Positions 41,340 through 54,353 of a stretch of DNA of 64,000 bases are shown in pieces. A model generated the notes under the pieces. It was not told the origin of the DNA, made no database searches, and saw only the letters and a program-made list of their open reading frames with translations. The position numbers and the translations under genes are program-made. Source of the stretch: Escherichia coli (lineage in GTDB: Bacteria > Pseudomonadota > Gammaproteobacteria > Enterobacterales > Enterobacteriaceae); assembly GCF_011045215.1 (NCBI RefSeq), contig NZ_CP049202.1; one strand, written 5' to 3'. Position 1 is the stretch's first letter. Every line of letters begins with the position of its first letter.

Positions 41340-42504
41340 CGGGCCCCTATGTAATACGCTGACTCGCGCCTTATTCTCCCAGCGAGCTTTAATCTCCAGA
41401 GCAGATTCAGGTTTAGCGAGTCCCGGTCTTACCTGTCGTTGTCATCACTACGGCTGCCCACGCAACCTTTCAGCATTCACCCTTTTGTAAAGAGTTTATG
41501 TTTATCGGTATCAGCGATTAATAAGGCCTGATACTGACATGATTTTTGTCGTATTTACGTCCGTGAGCGGCTATTGCCCACACCGTTCGCGCCAGCTTGT
41601 TTGCCATTGCGACGATTGCCACGCTGGCCGGACGACGTTTTTTCAGTTCGGTTATCCACGGCCCAGGTTCTTTGGTCAGTAATGCTGCCGCCCTTGCACC
41701 ATGAATAAACAGGGTTCGCAGATATTTATCACCACGTTTGCTTATTCCCAGCAGGCGGATTTTTCCTCCTGAGCCTGTCTGTCTGGGCACCAGACCAACA
41801 TAAGCCGCGAACTCTCGCCCTGATTTAAACACTGATGCTTTCCCCATGATGGCCAACGCTGCCGTTGCAATAAGTGGACCAACGCCAGGAATATCCAGCA
41901 ACCGTCTACAGGTTTCATTCTGTCTCGCCACACTGGTAAGCTGTTTTTCTATATCATCTATCAGTGAGTCCAGTTCATTCAGCCTGTTGTACTGATTTTC
42001 CAGCACTGTAATGAGATACAGTGGCAGTCTCTCTTTCATCCGCTCCAGTGCTTCAGGGAACTCCCGTTCCATCGCTGCCCGACCTTTGTGGATGGTTTCA
42101 CCAAACTCCAGTAACGTCCCGTGCAGGGCATTAATTTGCGCGGTCCGGAACTTCACCAGTTGTCTGCGGGAACGGTGCAGAACCAGTATTGACTGTTGTT
42201 CTTCTGTTTTGACGGCGATTTCTTTACCTGGCTGCTGTACCGCCATCCAGATAGCTCGCGCATCCATCACGTCATTCTTATTGCCCATGACGAATGCTTT
42301 AACGAAGCGAGCCTGCAACAACCGGACTTTGTGTCCCTGCTTTGTTAATTCACGCGCCCAGTGCCGGGAGCCTCCACAAGCTTCCATGCCAATCAGGCAG
42401 GGTTCGCGGTTACTGAAATACGCCAGAAAATCCTGACGACGAACCTGCTTATCCACCACTTCCCCTGTGTGCTCATTGATGAAGTGAACCTGAATGACAT
42501 GTTT
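41340..42504 (-). mobile_element. IS110-family element, type 2; 3' portion, interrupted by IS21 (5' portion at 44636-44810)
   Basis: tnp 41518-42504 (...HVIQVHFINEHTGEV..., DIPGVGPLIATAA); N-terminal codons [12 protein letters not shown] lie at 44641-44672 on the other side of IS21. Confidence 0.65.
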
Positions 42505-42605
42505 TGTCAGCGCCAGTGATATAAGACGGTAATTCACCATTTGGATTGTCCGCTCCACCCAACATGTTGTTTCCTTAAGGTTCTCACACCAGAAAGGACA
42601 TCAAC

Positions 42606-44575
<1,970 letters not shown>

Positions 44576-45015
44576 CGAAAGTATCTTAGCGGGCATGAAA
44601 ATGGCAAATAACGGTCAAACATCGTGGCGTTGACAGTTTTGCGATATCAACGCCAACCGGTGTATATTTCATTTGTGGAGTCTCCAGTCTGAGGGAGCTT
44701 TATGCATCCCGTATTGGGCACTATGATGCCGGAAATCTGCGAGGCTCCACACTTTTCCTGCCAACCCCGGCTTCATACTCAAATAGTTGGGATGCGTTCA
44801 TTACATTCTTCCAGGATGCGGATACGGTTCTGAAGTTCTGCAATATTCCGGTCTTTTTCCTGCACCACATTTGCAAGATTCTGACTCTCAGCCATGGCTT
44901 TTTGCACCATGGCAATTGCCAGAGCGCGAAGCTATTCAGGGTCACGGGTGGTACTGAGAAGCGAGATATCCATGCGATGGATTATACGACATCACACATG
45001 GATATTCATTATATT

Positions 45016-45417
45016 TCATTGAGTTATTGCGTTGCTCTGAACATCTTCGGGTTCTTCCTGGTATACCCATTTTGCCAGGTCATGCCCTTTCACCTGTTGC
45101 CAGTCAACCCCACAGACCAGCCAGTGAAACTCATCCTGTGTGAGATGCCATGTGGCATCACCTTTCCGGGGCCAGCGGAAGCTTCCCCGGTGCAGTCGTC
45201 GGGTACACAGCCATACGCCATGTTTGTCCCACCGGAGAACTTTTATGCGGGAGCGGACTTTATTGGTGAAGACAAAAGCAGCACCGTCATGCCATGCAGC
45301 GTTAAGTTCGTTCTGGACGTACTGTGTCAGTGTGTCGATACCCCGGCGCATATCGACGGGTTTTACGACCAGGAATACGTTATCAGGCGTCAGCATGGCG
45401 AAGAGCCCGGAAAACAT
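45016..45417 (-). CDS. IS66-family TnpB
   Basis: 133 aa. Confidence 0.7.
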   Translation of the reverse strand: MFSGLFAMLTPDNVFLVVKPVDMRRGIDTLTQYVQNELNAAWHDGAAFVFTNKVRSRIKVLRWDKHGVWLCTRRLHRGSFRWPRKGDATWHLTQDEFHWLVCGVDWQQVKGHDLAKWVYQEEPEDVQSNAITQ

Positions 45418-45712
45418 CGGTTAACTGAGAAGGCTGGCAGCACATCCGGATACCTCCGGGAAGGAAAAGTGTGACAGGCTCATCCGACAATGGTCTGCCA
45501 TCAGCCATACCGGGAGCGCCAGACACTGAAACTGGAATAATTTCAGGTGCTCTGGCTCGTTTTTCGGCTTTTGCAACATCCTGCGGCCACTGGCGCAGGG
45601 ATTTAAACGGAATGTCGTAAAGTTCACAGTACTGTTCACGGGTAAGGCCGCTTGCGCGCCATGCGGCAACGTGATGTTTTTTCTGATCAAGCGTCCATCG
45701 CATCCTGGGCAT
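45383..45712 (-). CDS. IS66-family TnpA
   Basis: 109 aa. Confidence 0.65.
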   Translation of the reverse strand: MPRMRWTLDQKKHHVAAWRASGLTREQYCELYDIPFKSLRQWPQDVAKAEKRARAPEIIPVSVSGAPGMADGRPLSDEPVTLFLPGGIRMCCQPSQLTDVFRALRHADA

Positions 45713-46317
45713 TGTTTACTCTCCACAGAAAGAAGTTATACGAATACCGGAATGCTAATGGCGTGAAAATTTCTGTGAAGATGAGGTCCCCGGAACATTA
45801 CCTTCTTCCTGCCATGCAGTGCTATATTCAGCATCCTGCACTCCATTCGGAGTGCAGTTCTTTATGACATACTAGTTTCGCTGAGTACCTCAAATAGCCA
45901 TTGTAATAAGCGCCTCACAACATTAGCTTACAAGCTAATTACAGGTAAGTTAAATTAATTCAGATAATCGCAGGTACACAGGACACTTCATTTAGGGCCC
46001 TGTGGGAATTTCTGCGACAGTACACAGTAACAAAATCTGGTTCATGGGATTGTACGCCGAAATTTCAGAAAATACCGTCACAAAAGCTGGTAACCAGTAA
46101 ATTTGCATGACGTTGAATATATAACGGGTTATGTGACGAGTTTCGGTGTCGAAATCGTTACTTCAGTGACGGTCACTCAATCGGTCGTTTACAACTCCGT
46201 AAAAACTGGTCACGGAAAAATCCAGGTTTCCGGCCAGGAAACCCCAACATAATGGGATTCACATTATTGTTTATAATCCGAACCGCCCCAATAAGTTACG
46301 TCTGATTCATTTTCCCT

Positions 46318-46350
46318 GAAAACACGCCTCATTTCCGGAGGCGTGTTTTA
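46318..46350 (-). terminator. rho-independent terminator downstream of the alcohol dehydrogenase gene
   Basis: Stem acacgcctc / gaggcgtgt around loop atttccg, followed by T-run on the coding strand. Confidence 0.6.
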
Positions 46351-46372
46351 CCCGACAGATTCCAGATTTGTA

Positions 46373-47524
46373 TCACATTGCTGCACGATAAATTGCAACT
46401 ATCTCTTCATGTGTCGCCTGTATCGGGTTCGTCAGCCCACAGGCATCTTTCAGCGCATTTCTGGCCAGTTCCGGTATATCTTCATCTTTCACATTCAGGT
46501 CGCGTAGCCCTGCCGGAATATTAACTTTCTTCGCCAATTCACGGATGGCATTAATACAGACTTCAGCACCTTCCTCGTCATTTTTACCCGTCACGTTCTC
46601 CCCCATTGCAGCAGCGCAGTCACGCAAACGTGCAGCTGCAACTTTACTGTTAAATGCCTGAACATACGGCAGCAGAACGGCATTACATACACCGTGCGGC
46701 AGATTGTAGAAACCACCCAGTTGATGCGCCATCGCATGAACATAACCCAGAGATGCGTTATTGAACGCCATTCCTGCGAGAAACTGAGCATAAGCCATCG
46801 CCTCACGCGCTTTTTCATTGTTGCCATCCTCAACGACCAATGGCAAATATTCCGCAATCATGGTCACGGCTTTCAGTGCACAAGCGTCGGTGATCGGTGT
46901 GGCAGCAGTAGATACATACGCTTCAATAGCATGAGTTAAGGCATCCATACCGGTAGCCGCAGTCAACGGCTTCGGCATACCGAGCATTAACGAGGGGTCA
47001 TTGACAGAAAGCAGCGGAGTCACATGTTTATCCACTATCGCCATTTTGATGTGACGCACTTCGTCAGTGATGATGCAGAAACGAGTCATTTCTGACGCCG
47101 TACCCGCCGTAGTATTGATGGCGATCATCGGCAACTGCGGTTTTGCAGAACGGTCAACACCTTCGTAATCACGAATATCGCCCCCATTGGTGGCTACCAG
47201 CGCAATACCTTTTGCACAGTCATGCGGAGAACCACCACCTAATGAAATAACACTATCACAATTATATTCTTTCAGTAGTTTCAGACCTGCAGCAACATTT
47301 TCTGTGGTTGGATTAGGCTGGACGCCATCATAAATAACGCTAAAAACACTGTGTTCTTCCAGTGCTTTTTGCACATTCCCCGCCATACCTGACTTCGTTA
47401 ACCAGCGATCAGTAACAATCAGGCTTCGACGGAAACCATACCCCGCCATCATTCTGGTTGCTGTCGATAACGATCCCACCCCCAGCATATTTACAGAAGG
47501 GATAAAAAATGTTGACACACTCAT
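46373..47524 (-). CDS. yiaY: iron-containing alcohol dehydrogenase, YiaY-like (383 aa)
   Basis: Fe-ADH motifs [30 protein letters not shown]; length and termini as I recall E. coli YiaY (recall, not verified). Confidence 0.6.
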   Translation of the reverse strand: MSVSTFFIPSVNMLGVGSLSTATRMMAGYGFRRSLIVTDRWLTKSGMAGNVQKALEEHSVFSVIYDGVQPNPTTENVAAGLKLLKEYNCDSVISLGGGSPHDCAKGIALVATNGGDIRDYEGVDRSAKPQLPMIAINTTAGTASEMTRFCIITDEVRHIKMAIVDKHVTPLLSVNDPSLMLGMPKPLTAATGMDALTHAIEAYVSTAATPITDACALKAVTMIAEYLPLVVEDGNNEKAREAMAYAQFLAGMAFNNASLGYVHAMAHQLGGFYNLPHGVCNAVLLPYVQAFNSKVAAARLRDCAAAMGENVTGKNDEEGAEVCINAIRELAKKVNIPAGLRDLNVKDEDIPELARNALKDACGLTNPIQATHEEIVAIYRAAM

Positions 47525-47975
47525 TGAGTTACTCCGAATTTCTGTATACATATTTCAAGCCAGAATAAACCGTAATGTCATGTGTTACGGGTATGACTCA
47601 TCATTTATAGCGATAAATACAAGAATGTCTATTCTGTAGGTTCCACCTTCCCCTGATTTGCAAGCGTCGATTTTTGTGATGTTCATCAGGGGAAAGAGCC
47701 TATGGAAAAACGGCAATACCGCGACTTTTCTGGGGAGTGATCTTTTACTTACATGTTCTGTCCGGTTTATCCCCCGATTCTGTGGATAACCAGTCTGCTG
47801 TTATGTGAGAACCGCCACCGCTCGCCGTAGCCCCAGCGACCAAACGTAGTGAGCGAGTGAGCGAGGAAGCGGAATGTCTACCCCCCCTGAATTGAGTACT
47901 TACGCGCCGGGCTTCCTTCCGCTCATGACCTGATACGCCCTGTCAGACTTGTCTGCTACCAGAGACGCTTACGTG

Positions 47976-48030
47976 TCAGCACCAGTGATATAAGACGTAA
48001 TGGTCAAAGATCGTGGCGTTGGCACTGTAC
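47976..48030. mobile_element. possible IS21 terminal-repeat remnant (left-IR-like joined to right-IR-like sequence)
   Basis: tgtcagcaccagtgatataagacg followed by ...gatcgtggcgttggcac, resembling the two IS21 ends at 42505 and 44635. Confidence 0.3.
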
Positions 48031-48141
48031 TGTTCCTCAGCCATCTCATATAGCCGTTCGCACATCGTGGCGTTAACATCATCGGCATCCAGCTTTTCGA
48101 GCAACGGCAGGCACTGGCTTTTTATCAGACATTACCGGATA

Positions 48142-48414
48142 TCAGACCTTCGTTTTATCTTTGCAGACAAGAAACCATTGTCTGGATAATCTTTCGTTAT
48201 TTTCGTCGTAATCCACCAGACCGGCTTCATACAAAAAAGTCATACAGATACAACACTGACGTACAGATATATTCAGTCCGCACGCCATATCAATAACACG
48301 AAACATGACTTCACCATATTTATCCTCCCGTAATTTCATCCAGAGGAGCAGCGATTTACAGTCATCATAAAATAATGCGGTACTGTCCCTGCGTTTCATG
48401 GAGTTGTCACACAT
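48142..48414 (-). CDS. PapI-like small winged-helix regulator (copy 2)
   Basis: About 85-90% identical to 2626-2877; AGGAGG upstream of ATG at 48414. Confidence 0.45.
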   Translation of the reverse strand: MCDNSMKRRDSTALFYDDCKSLLLWMKLREDKYGEVMFRVIDMACGLNISVRQCCICMTFLYEAGLVDYDENNERLSRQWFLVCKDKTKV

Positions 48415-48649
48415 AGATAACCTCCTGCGTATGTGGAAATAACATACACACTGCAACAAATATTCCATAAATATTTATATATTAAATTGTATTACCATAA
48501 CCCCGACATAATTTCTTTTTTGTACACCTGCAGACCTCCCTCATCCGGAGGATAATACCCCACACAGATATATTATCATGATATAAATCCTGTTATGGTG
48601 ATTATTATATTATAACCACATCCGCCAGACTGTATTTTTCAGATTCAGA

Positions 48650-48790
48650 ATTGATTTTCACCGGAAAAAACTTTTCCGCTTTTCCCCCCTCTGTGGCGAT
48701 CAGACTGAATTACCGGGTGGGGTCATGGTACACCTGCCAGCATGTTCCATGCTTCTTTCAGATGCAGCCTGACATCACCCCGTTTTGACC
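48650..48790 (-). pseudogene. 3'-terminal remnant of the 317-aa outer-membrane barrel gene (duplicate of 3075-3230)
   Basis: ccgcttttc...ggcgat.agactgaa...ccggctggggtcat.g...gccagcatgttcca shared with 3110-3200. Confidence 0.6.
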
Positions 48791-48951
48791 TCCCGAAAAA
48801 ACACTTTGCTACTTATATCCCCCGGACACTGTTGTTATTCCTTCTACCACGACTGGCACGCCAACCCATCACGTTACGCAAGTAAGGCTTACTCACCCTC
48901 TTTACTCAGTCCTAACCAGCATACCCGAAGTCGATGTCAGTACCGCCATAC

Positions 48952-49797
48952 TTATGTGAGTACAATGTCGAGTGTGATCGAACCCTTAGTGACTCCCTTT
49001 GGCATCAATTCTGGTGTAACCCGCATTGTCATAACAGGGTCTTTACCAACGTCCAGTAGGAAAATATTCTGGTTCGTCTGAGTCCCCCCACTGATAGTTA
49101 TGGCACTGTCCGGAAGGTTGTTTAACCGATATGTTACACGCAGGCTTCCCGTTCCAGTGGCACGCATGAGTTCTACTTGTCGTTTGAGTGATGTGTCCAT
49201 GGTGATTGAGTCTGGATATGTTATTGTCACTGCAGGTGTCGTGGTATACTGCCCACTAAGATGGGCCCAATCACACTCTTCAGGATAGCCATTTGCTATT
49301 GCATATGGTCCCCCCTTGCGTCCGATTTTTAGACCGTTGGGAGGGTTGTAGATCCCGACAGCTGCAGTATATGCTGGTGCAAAGTTGCTTATTAGCTTGC
49401 CCTGAAAGTGAAATTGGTGAAGACCTTCTGATAGAGACACAGGCATATATAAGGTACGTTGGGAAATCCCATATTTATCAGTAGCTCCTGTTTGCCAACC
49501 TGGGACTATTTGTCCGTTTATTGTACCCTCGAACCTCCAGTCCTGGTCGCGCCAGTGATACATGTCAGTATCCACACACCACTGAAGCCCCTGCCCGCCC
49601 CCGCCCGCCAGTTGCGACGGTCCGAGATATAGATAGCCATTATATACCCCCCCTAGTGGTACGATGATATCTATTACGCTGTCGAATGCGAATGTGCGAA
49701 TCCCGTAGCTTAGCGTGACGGTTCCCGCTAATAGTTCCGCTGGCAGAGTTAACAAAAGGCATGCGATTGTACATTGTTTCAGGTTTCGTAATTGCAT
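48952..49797 (-). CDS. fimbrial tip adhesin-like subunit (281 aa)
   Basis: Signal peptide, Cys pairs, pilin-like C-terminus; last gene of chaperone-usher operon. Confidence 0.55.
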   Translation of the reverse strand: MQLRNLKQCTIACLLLTLPAELLAGTVTLSYGIRTFAFDSVIDIIVPLGGVYNGYLYLGPSQLAGGGGQGLQWCVDTDMYHWRDQDWRFEGTINGQIVPGWQTGATDKYGISQRTLYMPVSLSEGLHQFHFQGKLISNFAPAYTAAVGIYNPPNGLKIGRKGGPYAIANGYPEECDWAHLSGQYTTTPAVTITYPDSITMDTSLKRQVELMRATGTGSLRVTYRLNNLPDSAITISGGTQTNQNIFLLDVGKDPVMTMRVTPELMPKGVTKGSITLDIVLT

Positions 49798-49970
49798 ATT
49801 GAAATCTCAGTTATAGTCCTGTGTGTTATCCGTTAGCGCGGGTTCGTAGTAGAGCACTCGTGTTTATCTGACAGCCTGAAAAATAGTACACTCTCCGGAT
49901 ATCAGGCTGTCACACCTGGTCACTGATTGACGGGGTGTTTCTCAATTGCCTATGGCGACCTACAGGTTCC

Positions 49971-50531
49971 TCAGGGATAAACAACACCAAACGTCAGCGT
50001 GGTACTTATCGGTCCCCCTACAGTCGACGCCAGGATTTGGGTCACTGGTGTCAACGAGCAACTGTTCTTCACCGTATCTGAGGCTATTCCCGTGCAGAAT
50101 GGCGTCGGCGTGTCTCCTGAATTTATAGCTATCGGGGCCATACTGCCATCCGCCAGTGTCAGCCACAGATTGCCACTGGACTCCGTCGGGTTATCCACTC
50201 TGTACAGACCAACTTTATTACCGTATGCCTGATGCATCCCTGCAGGACGCAGGGTGAGTGCTGTATTCACCACAGCGTTATTTTCACAGGTCACCACGGC
50301 CTGAAAGGACGGGTGTGTCTGCCTCTGCCCCTTTAGCAAAACCGCCTGAAAGGTATACGTATTACCACTTAATATGGATGCGCCCTCAAACCCCACCTTA
50401 CAGGTGTTCGGCTGGTTTATGATGGTTATCGGGATGGTGATGGTTGTACTACCAGCAGCGATCACATCACATACTGGCAAAAGACTGCAGGCCAGCATCA
50501 GTACACCCAGTATTTCCCTTTTTCCTTTCAT
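49971..50531 (-). CDS. fimbrial minor subunit
   Basis: 186 aa, signal peptide, pilin-like. Confidence 0.6.
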   Translation of the reverse strand: MKGKREILGVLMLACSLLPVCDVIAAGSTTITIPITIINQPNTCKVGFEGASILSGNTYTFQAVLLKGQRQTHPSFQAVVTCENNAVVNTALTLRPAGMHQAYGNKVGLYRVDNPTESSGNLWLTLADGSMAPIAINSGDTPTPFCTGIASDTVKNSCSLTPVTQILASTVGGPISTTLTFGVVYP

Positions 50532-51238
50532 CCTTTATCTCCTTTCAGGATGTACGTCTCCACTCCCCCCCAGTCGTTGATGGCATCAATGCTCACACTT
50601 TTCGCACCCAATGATATTCCTTTCACCATCTGCTCACTGAACGGAGCCAATACAGACACCGCCATCTCTTCCTCCTGACTCAGATGAAGCGGCTGACCAT
50701 TCACTTTCACTTTCGTGATTGCGAAATAATACGGTGTCGGATTCTTCAGGTAGCTGCTCCCGCCTTTCTGAACCACCTCAACCTTTTTCTCCGCCCCCTT
50801 ACGCCCCTGAACCAGTACCTTCGGACGATAAATCAGCTTCACCTGAGTTGCCAGCGCAATAGAAATCACCGGCTCATCCGTTTTCTCCGGCTTCGGTGGA
50901 ATTTCCTGCACACTTAACCAGAACAGGGATTCACGGTCTGCCGGTAAAGCAACCCCGCTATCCGTCTTCATAATACGGACTATCTGCTTCTGCTTCGGTG
51001 CCAGCTTAAAGAATGGCGGAGTGGGCACCATATATACACCACTGGTCTGACTCTGATTATCTATCCATACCTGCCCCCCGTAAGTCTGGTCAGAGGTATT
51101 GGTCACATCAACAGAGATATTCTTTCTGCCCTCTTCATAGATAAAGCGGGTTCCACTCAGAGTGAAAGCAGCCATGGCCTGACTGCACAGCATCAGGGAA
51201 AGTAGTGACACCATCCCCAGTTTCATCATTTTATTCAC
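50528..51238 (-). CDS. periplasmic fimbrial chaperone (PapD-like)
   Basis: 236 aa, signal peptide MNKMMKLGMVSLLSLMLCSQAMA; follows usher. Confidence 0.75.
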   Translation of the reverse strand: MNKMMKLGMVSLLSLMLCSQAMAAFTLSGTRFIYEEGRKNISVDVTNTSDQTYGGQVWIDNQSQTSGVYMVPTPPFFKLAPKQKQIVRIMKTDSGVALPADRESLFWLSVQEIPPKPEKTDEPVISIALATQVKLIYRPKVLVQGRKGAEKKVEVVQKGGSSYLKNPTPYYFAITKVKVNGQPLHLSQEEEMAVSVLAPFSEQMVKGISLGAKSVSIDAINDWGGVETYILKGDKG

Positions 51239-53657
51239 AGCGAACCTCCTGCACTCTGGTTGCTTCTGGTTTGATTCCGGTCATAGAGAAACGACAGGTG
51301 CCACCATCCCCCAGGTCCACCCTGATTTCTTTCGGTTCTGCCAGCATCCCCATGGACAGCACACCATTACGACTGATAATGCCCGCATTCAGCCCTTCTC
51401 CTGTCCGGGCATTCCCCCCAGTCAGTAACTGACCATTACTGTCCTTAATCTGAAGAACGTAACGTTTCACATAATTTGCCCCGAACTGGCGGTAAACCAC
51501 GGCGTTCCCTGTCGGTACCACAAGCTGAGATGTGACCATCAGGTCCAGATCATCCGGTACATTTTCCATGTTGACGTCAATATGGTTCTGGCTGTACTCC
51601 GACAACCCTACTGAGGTATACCCGCGACTGTTAGTTGGAGCAGAACCATTAATCCGTACCCCTTCAACATCTGGAATACGCACCACAGCCATGGTGTTGC
51701 TTTGGTCACGGGTAAAGAACAATCCACTTTCCGCAGTGACAACCACACTGCCGCTGATACTACCGCTGACACTGGTGTTGTGGCGGCTTTGAGAGACGTT
51801 CAAACTGGTGTTAGTGGCATCAAATGCATAGGAAACCCCAGCTCCGACATCATCACTTCCCCTGCTGCTCAATCCTGCGCTGACGTTGTAACTCAGACGC
51901 TCTGTCGGGCTACCTGAAGTACTGGCGCGGAAAGATGTTCCTGACACACTGCTGTAGGCTGCTGACGAGTTTACGTACTGACGCTTGTCTCCTATGCTGA
52001 ACGGAATGCTGGTAATCAAAGCAATACTGTAATCCGGCTTATCCATGTACGGATACCGACTGTAGTTTCCACTCACACTCATAGAAACACTGTCAAACAA
52101 TGAAAACCCTGTACTGAGAGTTCCCCCTGTGGCATAGCCCGTTGTGTTCCAGTAGTTCTCCCACCATCCAAACAGACTTAAACTAACATTGTCCGTTAAA
52201 CGCTGTGACAGTGTGGCTTCATAACGGGATTTCTGGTTATAGCGAGCATAACGGTCCGCCGGATCGAAACCAGAAAACTCAACATATCCCTTGCTCTGAT
52301 AACGATAAGTCGTAAGCTGCAAATCCGTGTCAGATGCAAAGGACTTGGCGTATTTTGCACTGACGCTGTAACCATGCTTTTTCACATTGTTGTCATATTC
52401 CGCATCCGACACCGTACCAGCCAGAGAAAACGCCCCCAGTTCCCCCATCATCTGCGTCAGACTGAGTCCCCCTGCCTTATATCTGTCATGTAGTATGGCA
52501 GCACCACCAAGAGTGGTGGAACCCAGACCATAGGCCAGACTCCCCGACCAGAACATGCCCTTATCCGAATCAGAAAACGGCTTTTTCATGTCTCCCCCGG
52601 AAGAACGTCTCCCCGCTACCATGTCATACTGCAGTTCCCCCGGACGCAACAGTGTAGGGAGGGTCGTCACCGGATAACGGGTGACCGTTTTACGCCCACT
52701 GGCATCCTCCACCGTTACTTCAAGATCACCGTTCCCCACAGGATGAATATCATCCAGAGCATATGGTCCCGGTGGTACAACACGGGAATAGACGGTGTAA
52801 CCATTCTGGGTAATAGTGATACGGGAAGAAGAGGTCGCTACCCCGCTGATAACCGGCGCATATCCGCGGAAATCCCAGGCCGACATGTTTGAGTTGGAAC
52901 GCAACGCCACCCCGTAAAAGCCAAAATCCTGAAAAAGGTCACTACGGGTAGTGCTCTTCCCGACAATCAGATCACTTTTCAGTCCCCCTAGCGCCGTGGA
53001 AAGTGTCGCATCCCGAACCGCAAATTCATTTTTGCCATCACTTAAACGGGATGCGTTCATATTACTGCTTAATACCCAGCGTCCGATATTTACCAGCGCG
53101 GAAACACTACCGTAAGCTGTTGTCTCCTGTCCGGAGTTACGGGCTGCGTTCGCAGAATAATTAAGACGTAAAGCATTCACCCCATAATCCCATTGACTGG
53201 GGTCGGTTTTACTGAGTAAATAAGACTGCGGGATACTGAACACCAGTCCCTGACTACCATAGTTAAAATCAACCCGTGTATACGGGTTCTTCCCGAGAGC
53301 ATAACACCCCTGCCTCTCGTCAAATTCTGCCGCGTAACCGTCCAGTCGCAATGGCACACCGGCACTTTTCAACCATGCTGGTGACAGGCAGAGCACCCCA
53401 CTTTTTTCTTCTTCTGGTGAAATAATAAGCTGAGCTTTACCCAGGTTATCATTATTCACCACCACATCAACCTCATACTGACCAGAAGGAAGAGTCACCC
53501 CTTTTTTCAGCACAGACGGCACAACTCTGGTTCCCTGCAGAAAGTCCATATTTAAATCAGCATCACCACTGCCAACAACATCAGAACTGGCATAGGATAA
53601 AACCGAAAACATAAACAAACTTAACGCAGATAATTTAAATATCTGTTGGCTGCTCAT
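51231..53657 (-). CDS. fimbrial outer-membrane usher
   Basis: 808 aa, signal peptide; usher size and position between major subunit and chaperone. Confidence 0.8.
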   Translation of the reverse strand: MSSQQIFKLSALSLFMFSVLSYASSDVVGSGDADLNMDFLQGTRVVPSVLKKGVTLPSGQYEVDVVVNNDNLGKAQLIISPEEEKSGVLCLSPAWLKSAGVPLRLDGYAAEFDERQGCYALGKNPYTRVDFNYGSQGLVFSIPQSYLLSKTDPSQWDYGVNALRLNYSANAARNSGQETTAYGSVSALVNIGRWVLSSNMNASRLSDGKNEFAVRDATLSTALGGLKSDLIVGKSTTRSDLFQDFGFYGVALRSNSNMSAWDFRGYAPVISGVATSSSRITITQNGYTVYSRVVPPGPYALDDIHPVGNGDLEVTVEDASGRKTVTRYPVTTLPTLLRPGELQYDMVAGRRSSGGDMKKPFSDSDKGMFWSGSLAYGLGSTTLGGAAILHDRYKAGGLSLTQMMGELGAFSLAGTVSDAEYDNNVKKHGYSVSAKYAKSFASDTDLQLTTYRYQSKGYVEFSGFDPADRYARYNQKSRYEATLSQRLTDNVSLSLFGWWENYWNTTGYATGGTLSTGFSLFDSVSMSVSGNYSRYPYMDKPDYSIALITSIPFSIGDKRQYVNSSAAYSSVSGTSFRASTSGSPTERLSYNVSAGLSSRGSDDVGAGVSYAFDATNTSLNVSQSRHNTSVSGSISGSVVVTAESGLFFTRDQSNTMAVVRIPDVEGVRINGSAPTNSRGYTSVGLSEYSQNHIDVNMENVPDDLDLMVTSQLVVPTGNAVVYRQFGANYVKRYVLQIKDSNGQLLTGGNARTGEGLNAGIISRNGVLSMGMLAEPKEIRVDLGDGGTCRFSMTGIKPEATRVQEVRCE

Positions 53658-53757
53658 GAAATAACACCTTGTTTTTTTAGTTAATTACCAATCAAAATAA
53701 GCCCCCAACAGAAACAAAGGGAAACCAAGTAAAGCTAAAAAAGAAAATTTTTTGACA

Positions 53758-53783
53758 GTATTCCGGGTATTACCCCGGAATAC
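53758..53783 (-). terminator. putative intra-operon attenuator hairpin between major-subunit and usher genes
   Basis: Perfect 10-bp stem gtattccggg / cccggaatac with 6-nt loop, T-rich tract 10 nt downstream on coding strand. Confidence 0.4.
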
Positions 53784-53804
53784 TTAATTTTGGTATAAAT
53801 AATA

Positions 53805-54353
53805 TTATTTATACCAGTAGTTAACGCGGGCGGTTGCCATCATGTCACCAACAATACTTCCACCTTTGAGGTTCATGGTATATTTCAGGCCATCACCTTT
53901 AACCACTGACGGTTCAAACTCATACTGAAATCTTTCAGTAGTAGCCATTTTATTGACGTTCGTTTTAGAGTTGGTTGCTTTAATTTGCACGTAGGAGTCA
54001 CTTGCCGCACCACTGGAAGCTTGCAAACCGTTAGCATTAATCTGGGAACCAACACCTTCCCATTGCATAACAAAATCAGTGTTACCTGCATTACAGGATG
54101 CAGCTGAATCTGTTGTCGGCTTAAATACCACTTCAACATCCGCCCCTAAAGTGTTCGGGTTGGTCTGTCCCAGTGCAACTGTATTTTTACCACTTACCCC
54201 TCCAACAGACGGGTCCAGTGCACAGGTTGTGGTGGAAACCGTACCGGAGAAATTCAGGTCCAGTGTACCCGCATTAGCATTCGGAGCAGCATTAGCCGCA
54301 CCACCAACAATCGCAGCCAGAGCCACAACAGAAGAAATGAGAGTTTTTTTCAT
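53805..54353 (-). CDS. fimbrial major subunit (182 aa)
   Basis: Signal peptide MKKTLISSVVALAAIVGGAANA; pilin-like C-terminus ...VNYWYK. Confidence 0.7.
   Translation of the reverse strand: MKKTLISSVVALAAIVGGAANAAPNANAGTLDLNFSGTVSTTTCALDPSVGGVSGKNTVALGQTNPNTLGADVEVVFKPTTDSAASCNAGNTDFVMQWEGVGSQINANGLQASSGAASDSYVQIKATNSKTNVNKMATTERFQYEFEPSVVKGDGLKYTMNLKGGSIVGDMMATARVNYWYK

Larger units (their letters stand above)
44830..45800 (-). mobile_element. 5' part of IS66 copy C (tnpA, tnpB, start of tnpC), interrupted by the IS110-family element
   Basis: tnpA 45383-45712, tnpB 45016-45417 (VKPVDMRRGIDTL); tnpC N-terminus frameshifted around 44830-44960; boundaries approximate. Confidence 0.55.

Noticed and set aside
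41518..42558. Full-length IS110-family transposase ORF as listed in the ORF track
   Set aside because: Codons above 42504 belong to the IS21 left end; the true N-terminal codons of this transposase are on the far side of IS21 at 44641-44672, so the gene is interrupted.
44902..45474. ORF 44902-45474 on the plus strand (190 aa)
   Set aside because: Antisense to the IS66 tnpB/tnpA genes, which have the hallmark motifs; no features of its own.
47552..47975. Expected selC tRNA upstream of the yiaY-like gene
   Set aside because: Reading the region I found no sequence resembling the tRNA-Sec acceptor/T-arm, so no tRNA is annotated; a proper tRNA scan is needed to be sure.
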